A stretch of 64,000 nt of DNA, taken from NCBI GenBank assembly GCA_963745755.1, contig CAVUYP010000001.1, positions 930,667 through 994,666 of the forward strand. The letters run 5' to 3'. This document shows positions 52,690 through 61,457 of this stretch, piece after piece. The position numbers and the translations under genes are program-made. The notes below the pieces were generated by a model. The model had not been told where the DNA came from and made no database searches. It saw nothing but the letters and a program-made list of their open reading frames with translations. Numbering within the stretch: the first letter of the stretch is position 1; every line of letters starts with the position of its first letter. Source of the stretch: an uncultured Conexibacteraceae bacterium. Its GTDB lineage: Bacteria; Actinomycetota; Thermoleophilia; Solirubrobacterales; 70-9.

Positions 52690-54687
52690 TCACGCGACCA
52701 GCCGGACCGCGAGCGCCGGCGCGCCGGCGGCGAGGTCGCCGGCCCCGCCGAGCAGGGCGAGGATCCGGGCGACGTAGGCCTGGGTCTCGGGATAGGCCGG
52801 CACGCAGTCGCAGGCCGAGACGGCGCCGGGACCGGCGTTGTAGGCGGCGAGGGCGAGCTCGACGGAGCCGAAGCGGGCGAGCAGCTCGGCCATCAGCCGC
52901 GCCTGCGCGTCGATCGCCGCGACCGCGTCGAACGGATCGCGAAGCCCGTAGGCGGCGGCCGTCGCCGGCATGAACTGGGCGATGCCCTGGGCGCCGGCCG
53001 GGGAGGCGGCGTTCGGGTTGAAGTTCGACTCGGCCATCAACTGCGCGGCGAGCAGCGCCGCCGACACGTCATGGCGCGACGCCGCGGCGAGCAGCGGCGC
53101 CCGGAAGCGCGACGGCACGAATCCCGGCAGCCCCTGCCCTCCCCCGTCGCGGCCGTCCGGCTCGGCACCGGCGGCGGCGGCGAGGCGGTCGCCGGCCGCC
53201 GAGCACGGCGCCGGACCGGCCGTGAAGCCGTAGTGCCACGCCTCCCAGGAGTATCGCTGGACGAAGCCGAACCGGGCGGCGTTGGCGCCGAGCCAGCCGT
53301 AGGCGGCCGCCGGACCGAGATCGAGCTCGGTGCCGCAGCGGTGCAGGGACGTGCCCGGCGGCGCCACCCAGCGCGGGTCGGGATGGGCGTCCCAGAGGCG
53401 CTGCTGCTCGGCATCGGAGCGGTAGGCGGAGTTGATCACCAGCGCCACCCCGGCCCGTTGTGCGGCGGCCGCCATCCGGTCGAAGGCGGCGGCGACGTCG
53501 GGCCGCATCGGCTTGCCCTGCCGGTAGGCGAGCGGGCCGCCGTAGCCGCCGCCGCTCGCCGTCTCGGGCCGACCGGCCGCGCCGGTCGCCGCCGCCAGCG
53601 TCAGCTCGGCGTCGGCGCGGACCGACGTCCGCGCGCCCGCCGACCCGACACCGCCGCCGAGCCCGATCCGGGCGTCGACGTCGATCCGCACCCGCAGCGG
53701 CGCGAACGACCGCCGGTCCGGGAAGCCGACCTCGAGCAGGCCGGCGTCGAGATCGTTGCGCTCGGCGGCGACCGCGGCGGCCGCGCGGGCCCGGTCGAGG
53801 TAGGCATCCCGGCTCAGATGGGCGGGGTTCGGCATCCCGTTCGGCAGCGCCGCCGGCAGAAACAGCCGGTCGAAGTCGTCGCGCATCGACCGCGCCGCCG
53901 AGATCGCCGCCAGGTCGACCGAGCGCTGCAGCCGCCCCTTGGCGGTCGCGGCGCCGCCGATCGCGACGAGGACCAGCGCCACGGCGACGATCAGGACCGC
54001 GATCGCAAGGACGGCCGGCAGCGCCTGGGCGCGCTCGGCCCGCAATCCGGTCAGAGTCGGCACGGCGGCGGGCGCTCGGACCGGCGCGAGCGCCGCCGCC
54101 AGCCGCTGCGCGCGCCGGCCACTCTCGCCGCCCGGCTCGAGACCGGCCAGGGCCCGGCGCGCCCCGATCGCCCCGATCGGCGGCGTCCAGGCCTTGAACG
54201 GGATCCCGTCGTTTCGCATCTCGGTGGCGAGCAGCGCGATCAGGGGGCGCTCGGTGCCGCGCTCGGCACGAAGGAGCACCGCCCGGCTCGATCCTGATGC
54301 CGCGGCGAGCAGTTCCCGGAAGTCGCCGCGATCGCAGACGGCGACGACGAGCTCGGCCGCGAGGTCGCCGTCGAGCACCGCGGCGAGGGCGTCGGCCCGC
54401 GCCGCGGCGTCGTCCGCCGCGGGCGCGGTGGCGAAGCAGAGCCGGCCCCGGGCCGCACCCCGCAGCAGCTCGGACCGCCCGCATTCGGACTCGAGCGCCC
54501 GGGCCGGGTCGGACGCGAAGATCGTGCCGCGCAGCGGTCGCGGCTCCGCCCGGAGGTCGACCAGCAGCGTCCGCGACGGCTCCGGGTCGAGCGGCGTCGC
54601 GGCCACGGCGACGGCCGCCGCGGCCGCCGCCTGGGCGCGGGCGCCGCCGGTTCCGGTACAGAGGAGCAGCCGCGGCAACTCGCTCAC
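52690..54687 (-). CDS. multidomain protein: N-terminal P-loop-less domain, TM + TadG-like motif, VanY/M15B D,D-peptidase domain, SLT lytic transglycosylase domain
   Basis: Uninterrupted 665 aa. Features by residue:
- aa 221-245: TM segment QALPAVLAIAVLIVAVALVLVAIGG
- aa 249-266: AKGRLQRSVDLAAISAAR
- aa 419-486: NSAYRSDAEQQRLW, SLHRCGTELD and EAWHY, the metal ligands of the VanY fold
- aa 547-623: AAQLMAESNFNP, GIAQFM and AYNAGPGAV, the SLT fold

The GTG start overlaps the upstream stop (GTGA). Confidence 0.75.
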   Translation of the reverse strand: MSELPRLLLCTGTGGARAQAAAAAAVAVAATPLDPEPSRTLLVDLRAEPRPLRGTIFASDPARALESECGRSELLRGAARGRLCFATAPAADDAAARADALAAVLDGDLAAELVVAVCDRGDFRELLAAASGSSRAVLLRAERGTERPLIALLATEMRNDGIPFKAWTPPIGAIGARRALAGLEPGGESGRRAQRLAAALAPVRAPAAVPTLTGLRAERAQALPAVLAIAVLIVAVALVLVAIGGAATAKGRLQRSVDLAAISAARSMRDDFDRLFLPAALPNGMPNPAHLSRDAYLDRARAAAAVAAERNDLDAGLLEVGFPDRRSFAPLRVRIDVDARIGLGGGVGSAGARTSVRADAELTLAAATGAAGRPETASGGGYGGPLAYRQGKPMRPDVAAAFDRMAAAAQRAGVALVINSAYRSDAEQQRLWDAHPDPRWVAPPGTSLHRCGTELDLGPAAAYGWLGANAARFGFVQRYSWEAWHYGFTAGPAPCSAAGDRLAAAAGAEPDGRDGGGQGLPGFVPSRFRAPLLAAASRHDVSAALLAAQLMAESNFNPNAASPAGAQGIAQFMPATAAAYGLRDPFDAVAAIDAQARLMAELLARFGSVELALAAYNAGPGAVSACDCVPAYPETQAYVARILALLGGAGDLAAGAPALAVRLVA

Positions 54688-55031
54688 CGTCCCGAGTCCG
54701 GTCGCGCGTAGGCCCGCGAGCCGACGCCGAGATGGCCGGCGAGGCCGGGCAGCAGCGCCGGCGGATCGAGCGCGACGGCGACGCGGCCGCCGTCGACGTC
54801 GACCTCCACCCGTCCCCGCGCCCAGCCGGGCAGGCCCTCGCGGGCCGCCGCGGCGCCGTCGCGGCCGTCGGCGGCAGCGAGCGCCGCGGCCTCGGCGGCG
54901 CCGTCGGCGAGCGTCTGCGCGTAGCCCACCGCGAGCAACTGCAGCGCAACGAGTGCCGCGAGGCCGAGCAGCGGCAGGCCGGCGATCAGCTCGAGCTGCG
55001 CCTGCCCGGACTGCCGTCGCCGCTCAGCCAC
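54684..55031 (-). CDS. TadE-like pseudopilin-type protein
   Basis: ORF 54684..55268 trimmed to GTG (VAERRRQSGQAQLELIAGLPLLGLAALVALQLLAVGYAQ...). It matches the TadE N-terminal pattern (GQ..hE.a..hP). It overlaps the upstream gene by 8 nt. Confidence 0.6.
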   Translation of the reverse strand: MAERRRQSGQAQLELIAGLPLLGLAALVALQLLAVGYAQTLADGAAEAAALAAADGRDGAAAAREGLPGWARGRVEVDVDGGRVAVALDPPALLPGLAGHLGVGSRAYARPDSGR

Positions 55032-55398
55032 CGGGCACCCCGCCGGAGGGCCCGAGCCGGGTCGCCGCGGTGACCGGGACGCCCCCGCCGAACGGCAGGC
55101 CGCGGGGCACCCGGACCTCGACCTCGATCCGTTTGCGATCGGCGCTGACCTTCGCCCGCGGTCGCAACCCCGGCGGCAGCGCCGCCCGGGCGGCCCGCTC
55201 CGGATCGGCGCCGACGTAGTCGGCCCGCGCCGCAGCCCGGGCCGCGTTTGCCGCCGACAGCGCCGCATGGCCGGCGAGCGCGAATTGCAGGAGCCCGGCG
55301 GCGATGAGGATCAGCACCGGCACGACGGCGACGAAGGCGACCGCCACCTGACCGCTCTCGCCGCCCCGATCCACGTTTCGCCTGCGTTCGTCGGTCAT
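55024..55398 (-). CDS. TadE-like pseudopilin-type protein
   Basis: 124 aa, MTDERRRNVDRGGESGQVAVAFVAVVPVLILIAAGLLQFALAGHAALSAANAARAAARA..., with a TadE-like N-terminus. Confidence 0.6.
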   Translation of the reverse strand: MTDERRRNVDRGGESGQVAVAFVAVVPVLILIAAGLLQFALAGHAALSAANAARAAARADYVGADPERAARAALPPGLRPRAKVSADRKRIEVEVRVPRGLPFGGGVPVTAATRLGPSGGVPGG

Positions 55399-55477
55399 GC
55401 CGCGAAGCTAGGCGGGACGGCGATACGGGTGGGAAGCTCAGTGCAACGATTCGGCTACGGAAGCGGAGAGCTTCAGC

Positions 55478-55705
55478 CCCGCCCGCGAGGTCGGCCCGCC
55501 CCCTCCCGCCGAGGTCCGTCCGCCCCCTCCCGCCGAGATCGAGGAAAGGGGCAACTGTCACCGGTTTCCTCGACCTCGGCGCAGGGAGGGGGCCGGCGCA
55601 GGGCGGGGGCCGGCGAAGGGGGGCCGGCGCGGCGAGGGTGGCGGGGCCGGCGCGGCGAGGGTGGGGGGCCGGCGCAGGGCGAGGGTGGCGGCGCCGGCGG
55701 GTCGC
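55478..55705. repeat. composite repeat region: C-rich direct repeats, hairpin element copy 2 (core 55523-55592), then six degenerate G-rich tandem units
   Basis: Read directly:
- Left: CGAGGTC(GGC/CGT)CCGCCCCCTCCCGC twice.
- Core stem: GAGATCGAGGAAA / TTTCCTCGACCTC with loop GGGGCAACTGTCACCGG.
- Right: units ending in GCCGG, namely CGCAGGGAGGGGGCCGG, CGCAGGGCGGGGGCCGG, CGAAGGGGGGCCGG, CGCGGCGAGGGTGGCGGGGCCGG, CGCGGCGAGGGTGGGGGGCCGG and CGCAGGGCGAGGGTGGCGGCGCCGG.

The left and right flanks are partly complementary. Confidence 0.75.
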
Positions 55706-55717
55706 GCAGGGCGGCGG

Positions 55718-56092
55718 TCAGATGCTGTGGGCCTCGCGCCAGGTGTTGAAGATCAGCCAGCCGGAGCCGATCAGGATCGCCAGCCAGGCGACGGTGCCGG
55801 GGCCGGACGAGAGCAGCTCGTCGGTGCCGACGATCATCAGCGCGATCGCGCCGGCGCTGCCGTAGATCAGCCAGCGCTGGCGATCGGTCAACGTGTCGCG
55901 CTGCAGGCCGGTCCTGCGCCAGAGCCGGACCAACATCGCGCCGATCGCCGCGGCGAACAGCAGCGACAGCAGCACGAGGATGCCCTCGGCGACGTTGCCG
56001 CCGGCCGGCAGCACGGTCAGCGCCAGCGCCAGCAGGGCGATGATCAAGACGTTGCGGATCGTCCTCACCGCCCAATCGTGACGGATCGGCAA
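55718..56092 (-). CDS. hypothetical 4-TM membrane protein
   Basis: Uninterrupted 124 aa with four hydrophobic segments (VLIIALLALALTVLPA, ILVLLSLLFAAAIGAMLV, LIYGSAGAIALMIVG, VAWLAILIGSGWLIF). No family recognised. Confidence 0.5.
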   Translation of the reverse strand: MPIRHDWAVRTIRNVLIIALLALALTVLPAGGNVAEGILVLLSLLFAAAIGAMLVRLWRRTGLQRDTLTDRQRWLIYGSAGAIALMIVGTDELLSSGPGTVAWLAILIGSGWLIFNTWREAHSI

Positions 56093-56106
56093 GCGGCTGC
56101 GGCCGC

Positions 56107-56373
56107 TCAGCCGTCGATCATCACGTAGAGGCCGAGGCCGATCGCGGCGGCGAAGGCAAGCGTCGCGACGACCGCCAGAGCCACCGCCGCGATCGCGGCG
56201 TGGTCGCGGCCGTCCCGCTGCAGGTCGGCGGCGCTGGCGAACCCGTAGATCGCCAGCGACGCCGTCAGCGTCACGAAGATCCCCGCGGCCAGCGACGCCA
56301 GCGCCGCGTCGAGCAGCGCCTTGCCGTCGACCAGCGTCGCCGCCACGACGTCGATCAGCGCCACCGCGCTCAT
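56107..56373 (-). CDS. small hypothetical membrane protein coupled to the phosphate transporter gene
   Basis: The C-terminal 88 aa of ORF 56107..57474, from the ATG at 56373 (MSAVALIDVVAATLV...). This ATG overlaps the stop of the pit fragment 56370..56813 as ATGA. It has three hydrophobic segments. Confidence 0.45.
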   Translation of the reverse strand: MSAVALIDVVAATLVDGKALLDAALASLAAGIFVTLTASLAIYGFASAADLQRDGRDHAAIAAVALAVVATLAFAAAIGLGLYVMIDG

Positions 56374-57474
56374 ACGGTCGGCACCGGCTGGCCGCGGCGG
56401 ACCCGCTGCGCGAACAGGGTCAGGCCGAGCATGATCGCCAGGGCGGAGAGCACGATCGGGCCGGCGGCGCCGTCGCCGAAGATGCTCGTGAAGCCGTAGC
56501 AGGCGGCTCCGATCGCGGCCGCCGCCGGCAGGGTCAGAAACCAGGCGACGACGATGTTGCCGGCGACTCCCCAGCGGACCGCCGAGAGGCGCTTGCCGGC
56601 GCCGGCCCCCATCACGCCGCCGGCGATCACCTGCGTCGTCGACAGCGGGTAGCCGAAGTGCGAGGAGGCGAGGATCACCGCCGCGCCGGCGCCCTGCGCG
56701 GAGAAGCCCTGCGCGGAGTCCATCTTGATGATCCGCGTGCCCATCGTCCGGATGATCCGCCAGCCGCCGGTGTAGGTGCCGAGCGCGATCGCCGACGCCG
56801 AGGAGACGATCACCCAGGTCGGGACCTCGAAGCTCGCCGGCGACGAGGTTGCCGTTGGCGATCAGCGCCAGCGTGATCACGCCCATCGTCTTCTGGGCGT
56901 CGTTGGTGCCGTGGGCGAGCGCGAGCATGCCGCCGGAGACGATCTGGCCGAGCCGGAAGCCCCTCGTCACCGGGCCGGGCCGCAGCCGGCCGCAGACCCG
57001 GTAGGCGATGCCGATCGCGATCGCGCCGATCGACGAAGGCGACGATCGGCGCCAGCACGCGCCGGGATCAGGACCTTGCCGAGGATCCCCTCGCCGTCGA
57101 CCGCGGCGGTGCCGACGGCGGCGAACGACCGCGCCGACGACGCCGCCGATCAGCGCGTGCGAGGAGCTCGACGGCAACCCGAAGTACCAGGTGATCAGGT
57201 TCCAGGCGATCGCGCCGACGAGGCCGGCGAAGATCACCGTCGGCGTGATCGCGCCGGCGTCGACGACGTCGGAGGCGATCGTCGCGGCGACCTGGATCGA
57301 GATGAAGGCGCCGGCGAAGTTGAGCAGCGCCGCCATCGCCACCGCCAGCCGCGGCGACAGCGCGTGGGTCGAGATCGACGTCGCGACGACGTTGGCGGTG
57401 TCGTGGAAGCCGTTCGTGAAGTCGAAGACGAGCGCCGTCGCGACGACGATCACGAGGACGATGTCGCCGTCCAC
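56370..57474 (-). pseudogene. inorganic phosphate transporter, PiT family, several frame changes
   Basis: The N-terminus, with FDFTNGFHDTANVVATSI, and a middle part, LAHGTNDAQKTMGVITLAL, are in ORF 56107..57474. The C-terminal third (GGWRIIRTMG...STTQVIAGGVMGAG) is in ORF 56370..56813. Confidence 0.85.
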
Positions 57475-57525
57475 CTCCCTACCTCCAGTCAGCCGGCCGC
57501 GCGCTCATCGATCCCGGGACGCCGC

Positions 57526-58150
57526 TCAGGCGTTCTTGATCGCGACGCCCTCGATGATGTGGGCGCAGGTCTCGGTCGCGTCGATCGCCCGCTCGAGGAC
57601 GGCGAAGATGTCCTTCCAGCGGATCACGACCATCGGGTCGATCCCGTTCGCGAACAGCGAGGCGACCGCATCGCGCGAGATCCGGTCGCCGTCGTTCTCG
57701 AGCCGGTGGATCTCGATCAGATGGCGATCGAGGTCCTTGAAGCCGCGCAGCCCGGCGAGCGCTGTCGCGAGCTCGTCGCAGCAGCCGACGAGCACGTCGG
57801 CGAGCGCCAGCGACTGCTGCATCGGCGCCTCGATCTGGTAGAGGCCGAGGAAGTCGGCGGCCTCCTCGATGTAGTCGACGACGTCGTCGACCTTGGTCGC
57901 GAGGCCGTAGATGTCCTCGCGGTCGAACGGGGTCACGAACGTCGAGTTGAGGCGCTTGATGATGTCGTGGGTGATCCGGTCGCCCTCCTGCTCGGCCTTG
58001 AGGATCTCCCGGTTCAGCCCCTCCGATCCGTCGGGCCAGTGCGCGAGCATCTCCTGCAGCAGCCCGGCCGCCCGGACGGCGTTCTGGCCGGACTCCGACG
58101 AGCAGGTCGAAGAAGACACGATCCTTGGGCGCGAAGCTGAGGCTGACCAC
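57526..58150 (-). pseudogene. DUF47/PhoU-like phosphate transport regulator (Pit accessory protein), one frame change near 58086-58098
   Basis: The N-terminus VVSLSFAPKDRVFFDLLV is in the frame of ORF 57479..58621. The remainder is in ORF 57526..58119 (GQNAVRAAGLLQEML...EQEGDRITHDIIKRLNSTFVTPFDREDI...). Confidence 0.8.
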
Positions 58151-58224
58151 GATTCGGCAATATCGCAGCTTCGCCCCCCGCGGCGGCGCCCAGCCGGCCG
58201 CGAATCCCGGAAAGTCGGGATCGA

Positions 58225-59309
58225 TCAGGCGGCGAGCCGGTCGACGACGACCCGGGCGAGGCGCTCCGATGCGTGGCCGTCCCAGAGCGGCGGCGGCTCC
58301 GCCGGCGGCGCGGCCGGCGGCCACGAGCTCGGGGAGGTCGGCGATCCGCTCCGGATCGAGCCCGAGCAGGTGGTTGGTGCCGCGCTCGATCGTGATCGGC
58401 CGCTCGGTGTTGTCGCGCAGCGTGAAGCAGGGGACGCCGAGGTAGGTGGTCTCCTCCTGGATGCCGCCGGAGTCGGTCAGCACCGCCACGGCGTCGGCCT
58501 CCAGCGAGAGGAAGTCGAGGTAGCCGACCGGGTCGATCAGCCGCAGGCCGGCCGGCAACTCCGCGACCGCGCCGCCGAGCGCCGCCCGGGTCCGCGGGTG
58601 GACCGGGAAGAGGACCGGCATCGACTCCGCGACCGCGGCGAGGGCGGCGATCGCAGCGCCGAGCAGCGGCCCGTCGACCAGCGCCGGACGATGCAGCGTG
58701 ACGAGCAGGTAGGAGCCGGGATCGAGGCCGTGCTCGCCGCAGGCGCCGCGCGTCGCGGAACTCGCCCTCGAGCGCGACCAGCGAGTCGATCATCGTGTTG
58801 CCGACGAGGTGGACGCGCTCGGCCCCGATGCCCTCGGCGGCGAGGTTCACCGCCGCCTCCGGCGAATGCGTGAAGAGCAGCTCGGAGACCTGGTCGGTGA
58901 GGACCCGGTTGACCTCCTCCGGCATCGTGCGGTCGAAGCTGCGCAGCCCCGACTCGACGTGGGCGAGCGGAATCCGCAGGTGGGCGCAGGCGAGTGCGGC
59001 GGCCAGCGTCGAGTTGACGTCGCCGGGGACGATCACCAGGTCGGGCTGCTCGGCGGTCAGGACCGGCGCGATCGCCTCGAGCACGCCGCCGAGCTGGGCG
59101 GCGTGGGATCCGGAGCCGACGCCGAGCATATGGTCGGGCGCGGGAACGCCGAGCTGCTCGAGGAAGATCCCCGACATCATCCGGTCGTAGTGCTGGCCGG
59201 TGTGGACGAGGACGTGGCGGCCGTCCGGATCGGCGGCTCGCAGCGCCGCGATCACCGGCGCCATCTTCACGAAGTTCGGGCGGGTCCCGACGACGTGCAG
59301 GAGCTTCAT
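58225..59309 (-). pseudogene. wecB: UDP-N-acetylglucosamine 2-epimerase (non-hydrolysing), at least two frame changes
   Basis: The N-terminal half is in ORF 58014..59309 (MKLLHVVGTRPNFVKMAPVI...HTGQHYD...VPGDVNSTLA...HVESGLRSFD). The C-terminal half is in ORF 57479..58621 (VLTDSGGIQEETTYLGVPCFTLRDNTERP). The last about 25 aa are in a third frame ending at 58225. Confidence 0.88.
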
Positions 59310-59321
59310 CGCAGCATCCGC

Positions 59322-59597
59322 TCAGGCGAGCGCGTCGATCCGCTCGGCCAGCTCGAAGTCGGCGGCGGTCAGGCCGCCCTCCGAGTGAGTCGAGATCCGG
59401 ACCGTGACCGTCGCCCACGAGATCACGAGGTCGGGATGGTGGCCGAGCTCTTCGGCGGGGTCGACGACGGCGTCGGCGAAGCGGACCGAGCCGACGAAGT
59501 CGCCGCGGTCGAACTCGCGGACGATCGCGTCCCCGTCGCGGCTCCAGCCCGGCAATCCGGCGAGCCGGCCGTCGATCTCCTCGTCGCTGAGCAGCAT
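59322..59597 (-). CDS. pterin-4-alpha-carbinolamine dehydratase
   Basis: Uninterrupted 91 aa. It contains LSDEEIDGRLAGLPGW and the hallmark EELGHHPDL...V.V.ISTHS pattern of the PCD/DCoH family. Confidence 0.85.
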   Translation of the reverse strand: MLLSDEEIDGRLAGLPGWSRDGDAIVREFDRGDFVGSVRFADAVVDPAEELGHHPDLVISWATVTVRISTHSEGGLTAADFELAERIDALA

Positions 59598-59621
59598 CGG
59601 CCGATCCTATAGTCCGCGGCG

Positions 59622-60512
59622 ATGCGGATCGCAAGCCTGGTTCCCTCGGCGACCGAGATGTGCTTCGCGCTCGGCCTCGGCGACGACGTCGTCGCGGTCA
59701 CCCACGAGTGCGACCATCCGGCGGCGACCGCCGCCCTGCCGCGGCTGACCCGGAGCCTGATCCCCGCCGGCCTCGACCCGGCGGCGATCGACACCGCCGT
59801 CGGCGAGCGCGTCGCCGCCGGCGAGTCGCTCTACGCGCTCGACGCCGGCCGGCTCGCCGAGCTCGCCCCCGACCTGATCGTCACCCAGCAGGTCTGCGCC
59901 GTCTGCGCCGTCTCCAGCGACGACGTGCGGGGGGTCGCGGCGGGCCTGCCGTCGCGGCCCCGGGTCCTCTCGCTCGACCCGTCGCGCCTCGCCGACGTGC
60001 TCGCCGACGCCGAGACGCTCGCCGCGGCCGCCGGCGACGCGGCGGCGGGCCGGATGCTGCGCGGCAGCCTCGCCGCCAGGATCGAGGCGGTCCGGGCGGC
60101 GACCGCCGCCGCGACGGCCCCTCGGGTCGCCGCTCTGGAGTGGCTCGATCCCCCCTACTGCGCGGGCCACTGGCTGCCGGAGATGATCGCCGCAGCGGGC
60201 GGCAGCGACGCGCTCGCGACCCCCGGCGAGCGCTCGCGGACGATCGGCTGGGACGAGGTCGCCGCCGCCCGCCCCGACGTCGTCGTCGTCATGCCCTGCG
60301 GTCTCGACGCCGCGGCGGCCGCGGCCGAGGCCCGCCGCCACCACCGATCGCTGGCCGCGCTCGGCGCCGGCGCCGTCCACGCCGTCGATGCGGCCGCGTC
60401 GTTCTCGCGGCCCGGCCCGCGGCTCGCCGACGGCGTCGAGCTGCTCGGCCACCTGCTGCACCCCGGGCTGGTCGCACCTCCGGCCGGGCTCGAGCACGCT
60501 CGGCTGAGCTGA
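59622..60512 (+). CDS. BtuF/FhuD-like periplasmic-binding-fold protein without signal peptide (cobalamin/iron-chelate binding-like)
   Basis: Uninterrupted 296 aa. MRIASLVPSATEMCFALGLGDDVVAVTHECDHP...DLIVTQQVC...VVVVMPCG matches the ABC substrate-binding class III pattern. There is no N-terminal hydrophobic signal. Confidence 0.65.
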   Translation: MRIASLVPSATEMCFALGLGDDVVAVTHECDHPAATAALPRLTRSLIPAGLDPAAIDTAVGERVAAGESLYALDAGRLAELAPDLIVTQQVCAVCAVSSDDVRGVAAGLPSRPRVLSLDPSRLADVLADAETLAAAAGDAAAGRMLRGSLAARIEAVRAATAAATAPRVAALEWLDPPYCAGHWLPEMIAAAGGSDALATPGERSRTIGWDEVAAARPDVVVVMPCGLDAAAAAAEARRHHRSLAALGAGAVHAVDAAASFSRPGPRLADGVELLGHLLHPGLVAPPAGLEHARLS

Positions 60513-60524
60513 GCCGCCGAGCAG

Positions 60525-61457
60525 CTAGATCGTGAAGTTGACGGCCTGCTGGGCGACGACGATCGCGGCGACGAAGAAGACGACACCGAGCCCGACCATG
60601 ATCGCGAGCTCGGCCGGCAGCGTCTCACGGCGGGCGATCCCGCGCTCAGCGGCGACGACGATCAGGGCCCCGATCGTGCCTCCGACGATCCCGCCGAGGT
60701 GGCCGCCGACGCTGATGTTGGCGGCTGCGAACGTGAACACGAGGTTGATGATCAGCCAGAAGGCGAGCTGCTGGACGACCTGCATCTGGCCGCGCTGGCG
60801 GGCGATCAGGATCGTCGCCACGAACAGCCCGTAGATCGCCCCCGACGCGCCGACCGTGAACGTGACCGGGTCGGACATGATCAGCGCTCCGACCGAGCCG
60901 GCGACCAGCGAGACGAGGTAGACGGCGACGAAGCGGGCGGTGCCGATCGCCGGCTCGAGGACCTGGCCGAGGATGAAGAGCACGAACATGTTCAGCGCCA
61001 GGTGGATCAGCCCGCCGTGCAGGAATCCGGACGAGATGATCCGCCACCACTCGCCGCCGCCCGACTGGATCAGCTGGCCGCCGCCGCCGCAGATGCCGCC
61101 GTCGCCGACGGCGTTGCCGCAGAGGGCGCCGTCGGCGAACAGCCAACCGCCCGTCCCCGAGGCGCCGCCGCCGAGCAGCTGCAGGACGAAGACGGCGACG
61201 TTGATCGCGATCAGCACGTAGGTCGCCTGCATCCGGCCGGTGTTCATCGTCCGCGCCGTCCGCACCTCGGTGCGATCGGCCGCGCACTCCGGGCAGCGCA
61301 TGCCGACCGAGGTCGGCGTCATGCAGTCGGGGCAGATCGGCCGGCCGCAGCGGGAGCAGGCGACGCCGGTCTCGCGGTCGGGGTGTCGGTAGCAGGTGGC
61401 GATCGGGTGAGCGTATTCGACCGTCGTCGCCGGCTTGTCCGGGCGGCCGGCGGTCAG
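60525..61457 (-). CDS. rhomboid-family intramembrane serine protease with N-terminal Cys-rich zinc-ribbon domain; start codon unresolved
   Basis: ORF 60525..61649 has the Cys cluster CYRHPDRETGVACSRCGRPICPDCM..RCPECA, the rhomboid motifs WWRIISSGFLHGGLIHLALNM and GASGAIYG, and the His in VGGHLGG. The only in-frame start candidate downstream of the anti-sigma stop is a CTG at 61457, and the ATG/GTG options lie inside the anti-sigma gene. Confidence 0.8.
   Translation of the reverse strand: MTAGRPDKPATTVEYAHPIATCYRHPDRETGVACSRCGRPICPDCMTPTSVGMRCPECAADRTEVRTARTMNTGRMQATYVLIAINVAVFVLQLLGGGASGTGGWLFADGALCGNAVGDGGICGGGGQLIQSGGGEWWRIISSGFLHGGLIHLALNMFVLFILGQVLEPAIGTARFVAVYLVSLVAGSVGALIMSDPVTFTVGASGAIYGLFVATILIARQRGQMQVVQQLAFWLIINLVFTFAAANISVGGHLGGIVGGTIGALIVVAAERGIARRETLPAELAIMVGLGVVFFVAAIVVAQQAVNFTI

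Noticed and set aside
55578-55705. The tandem repeats could be a small CRISPR array.
   Set aside because: The units are directly adjacent, with no unique spacers. They are only 14-25 nt long, degenerate in length and sequence, and no cas genes are nearby.
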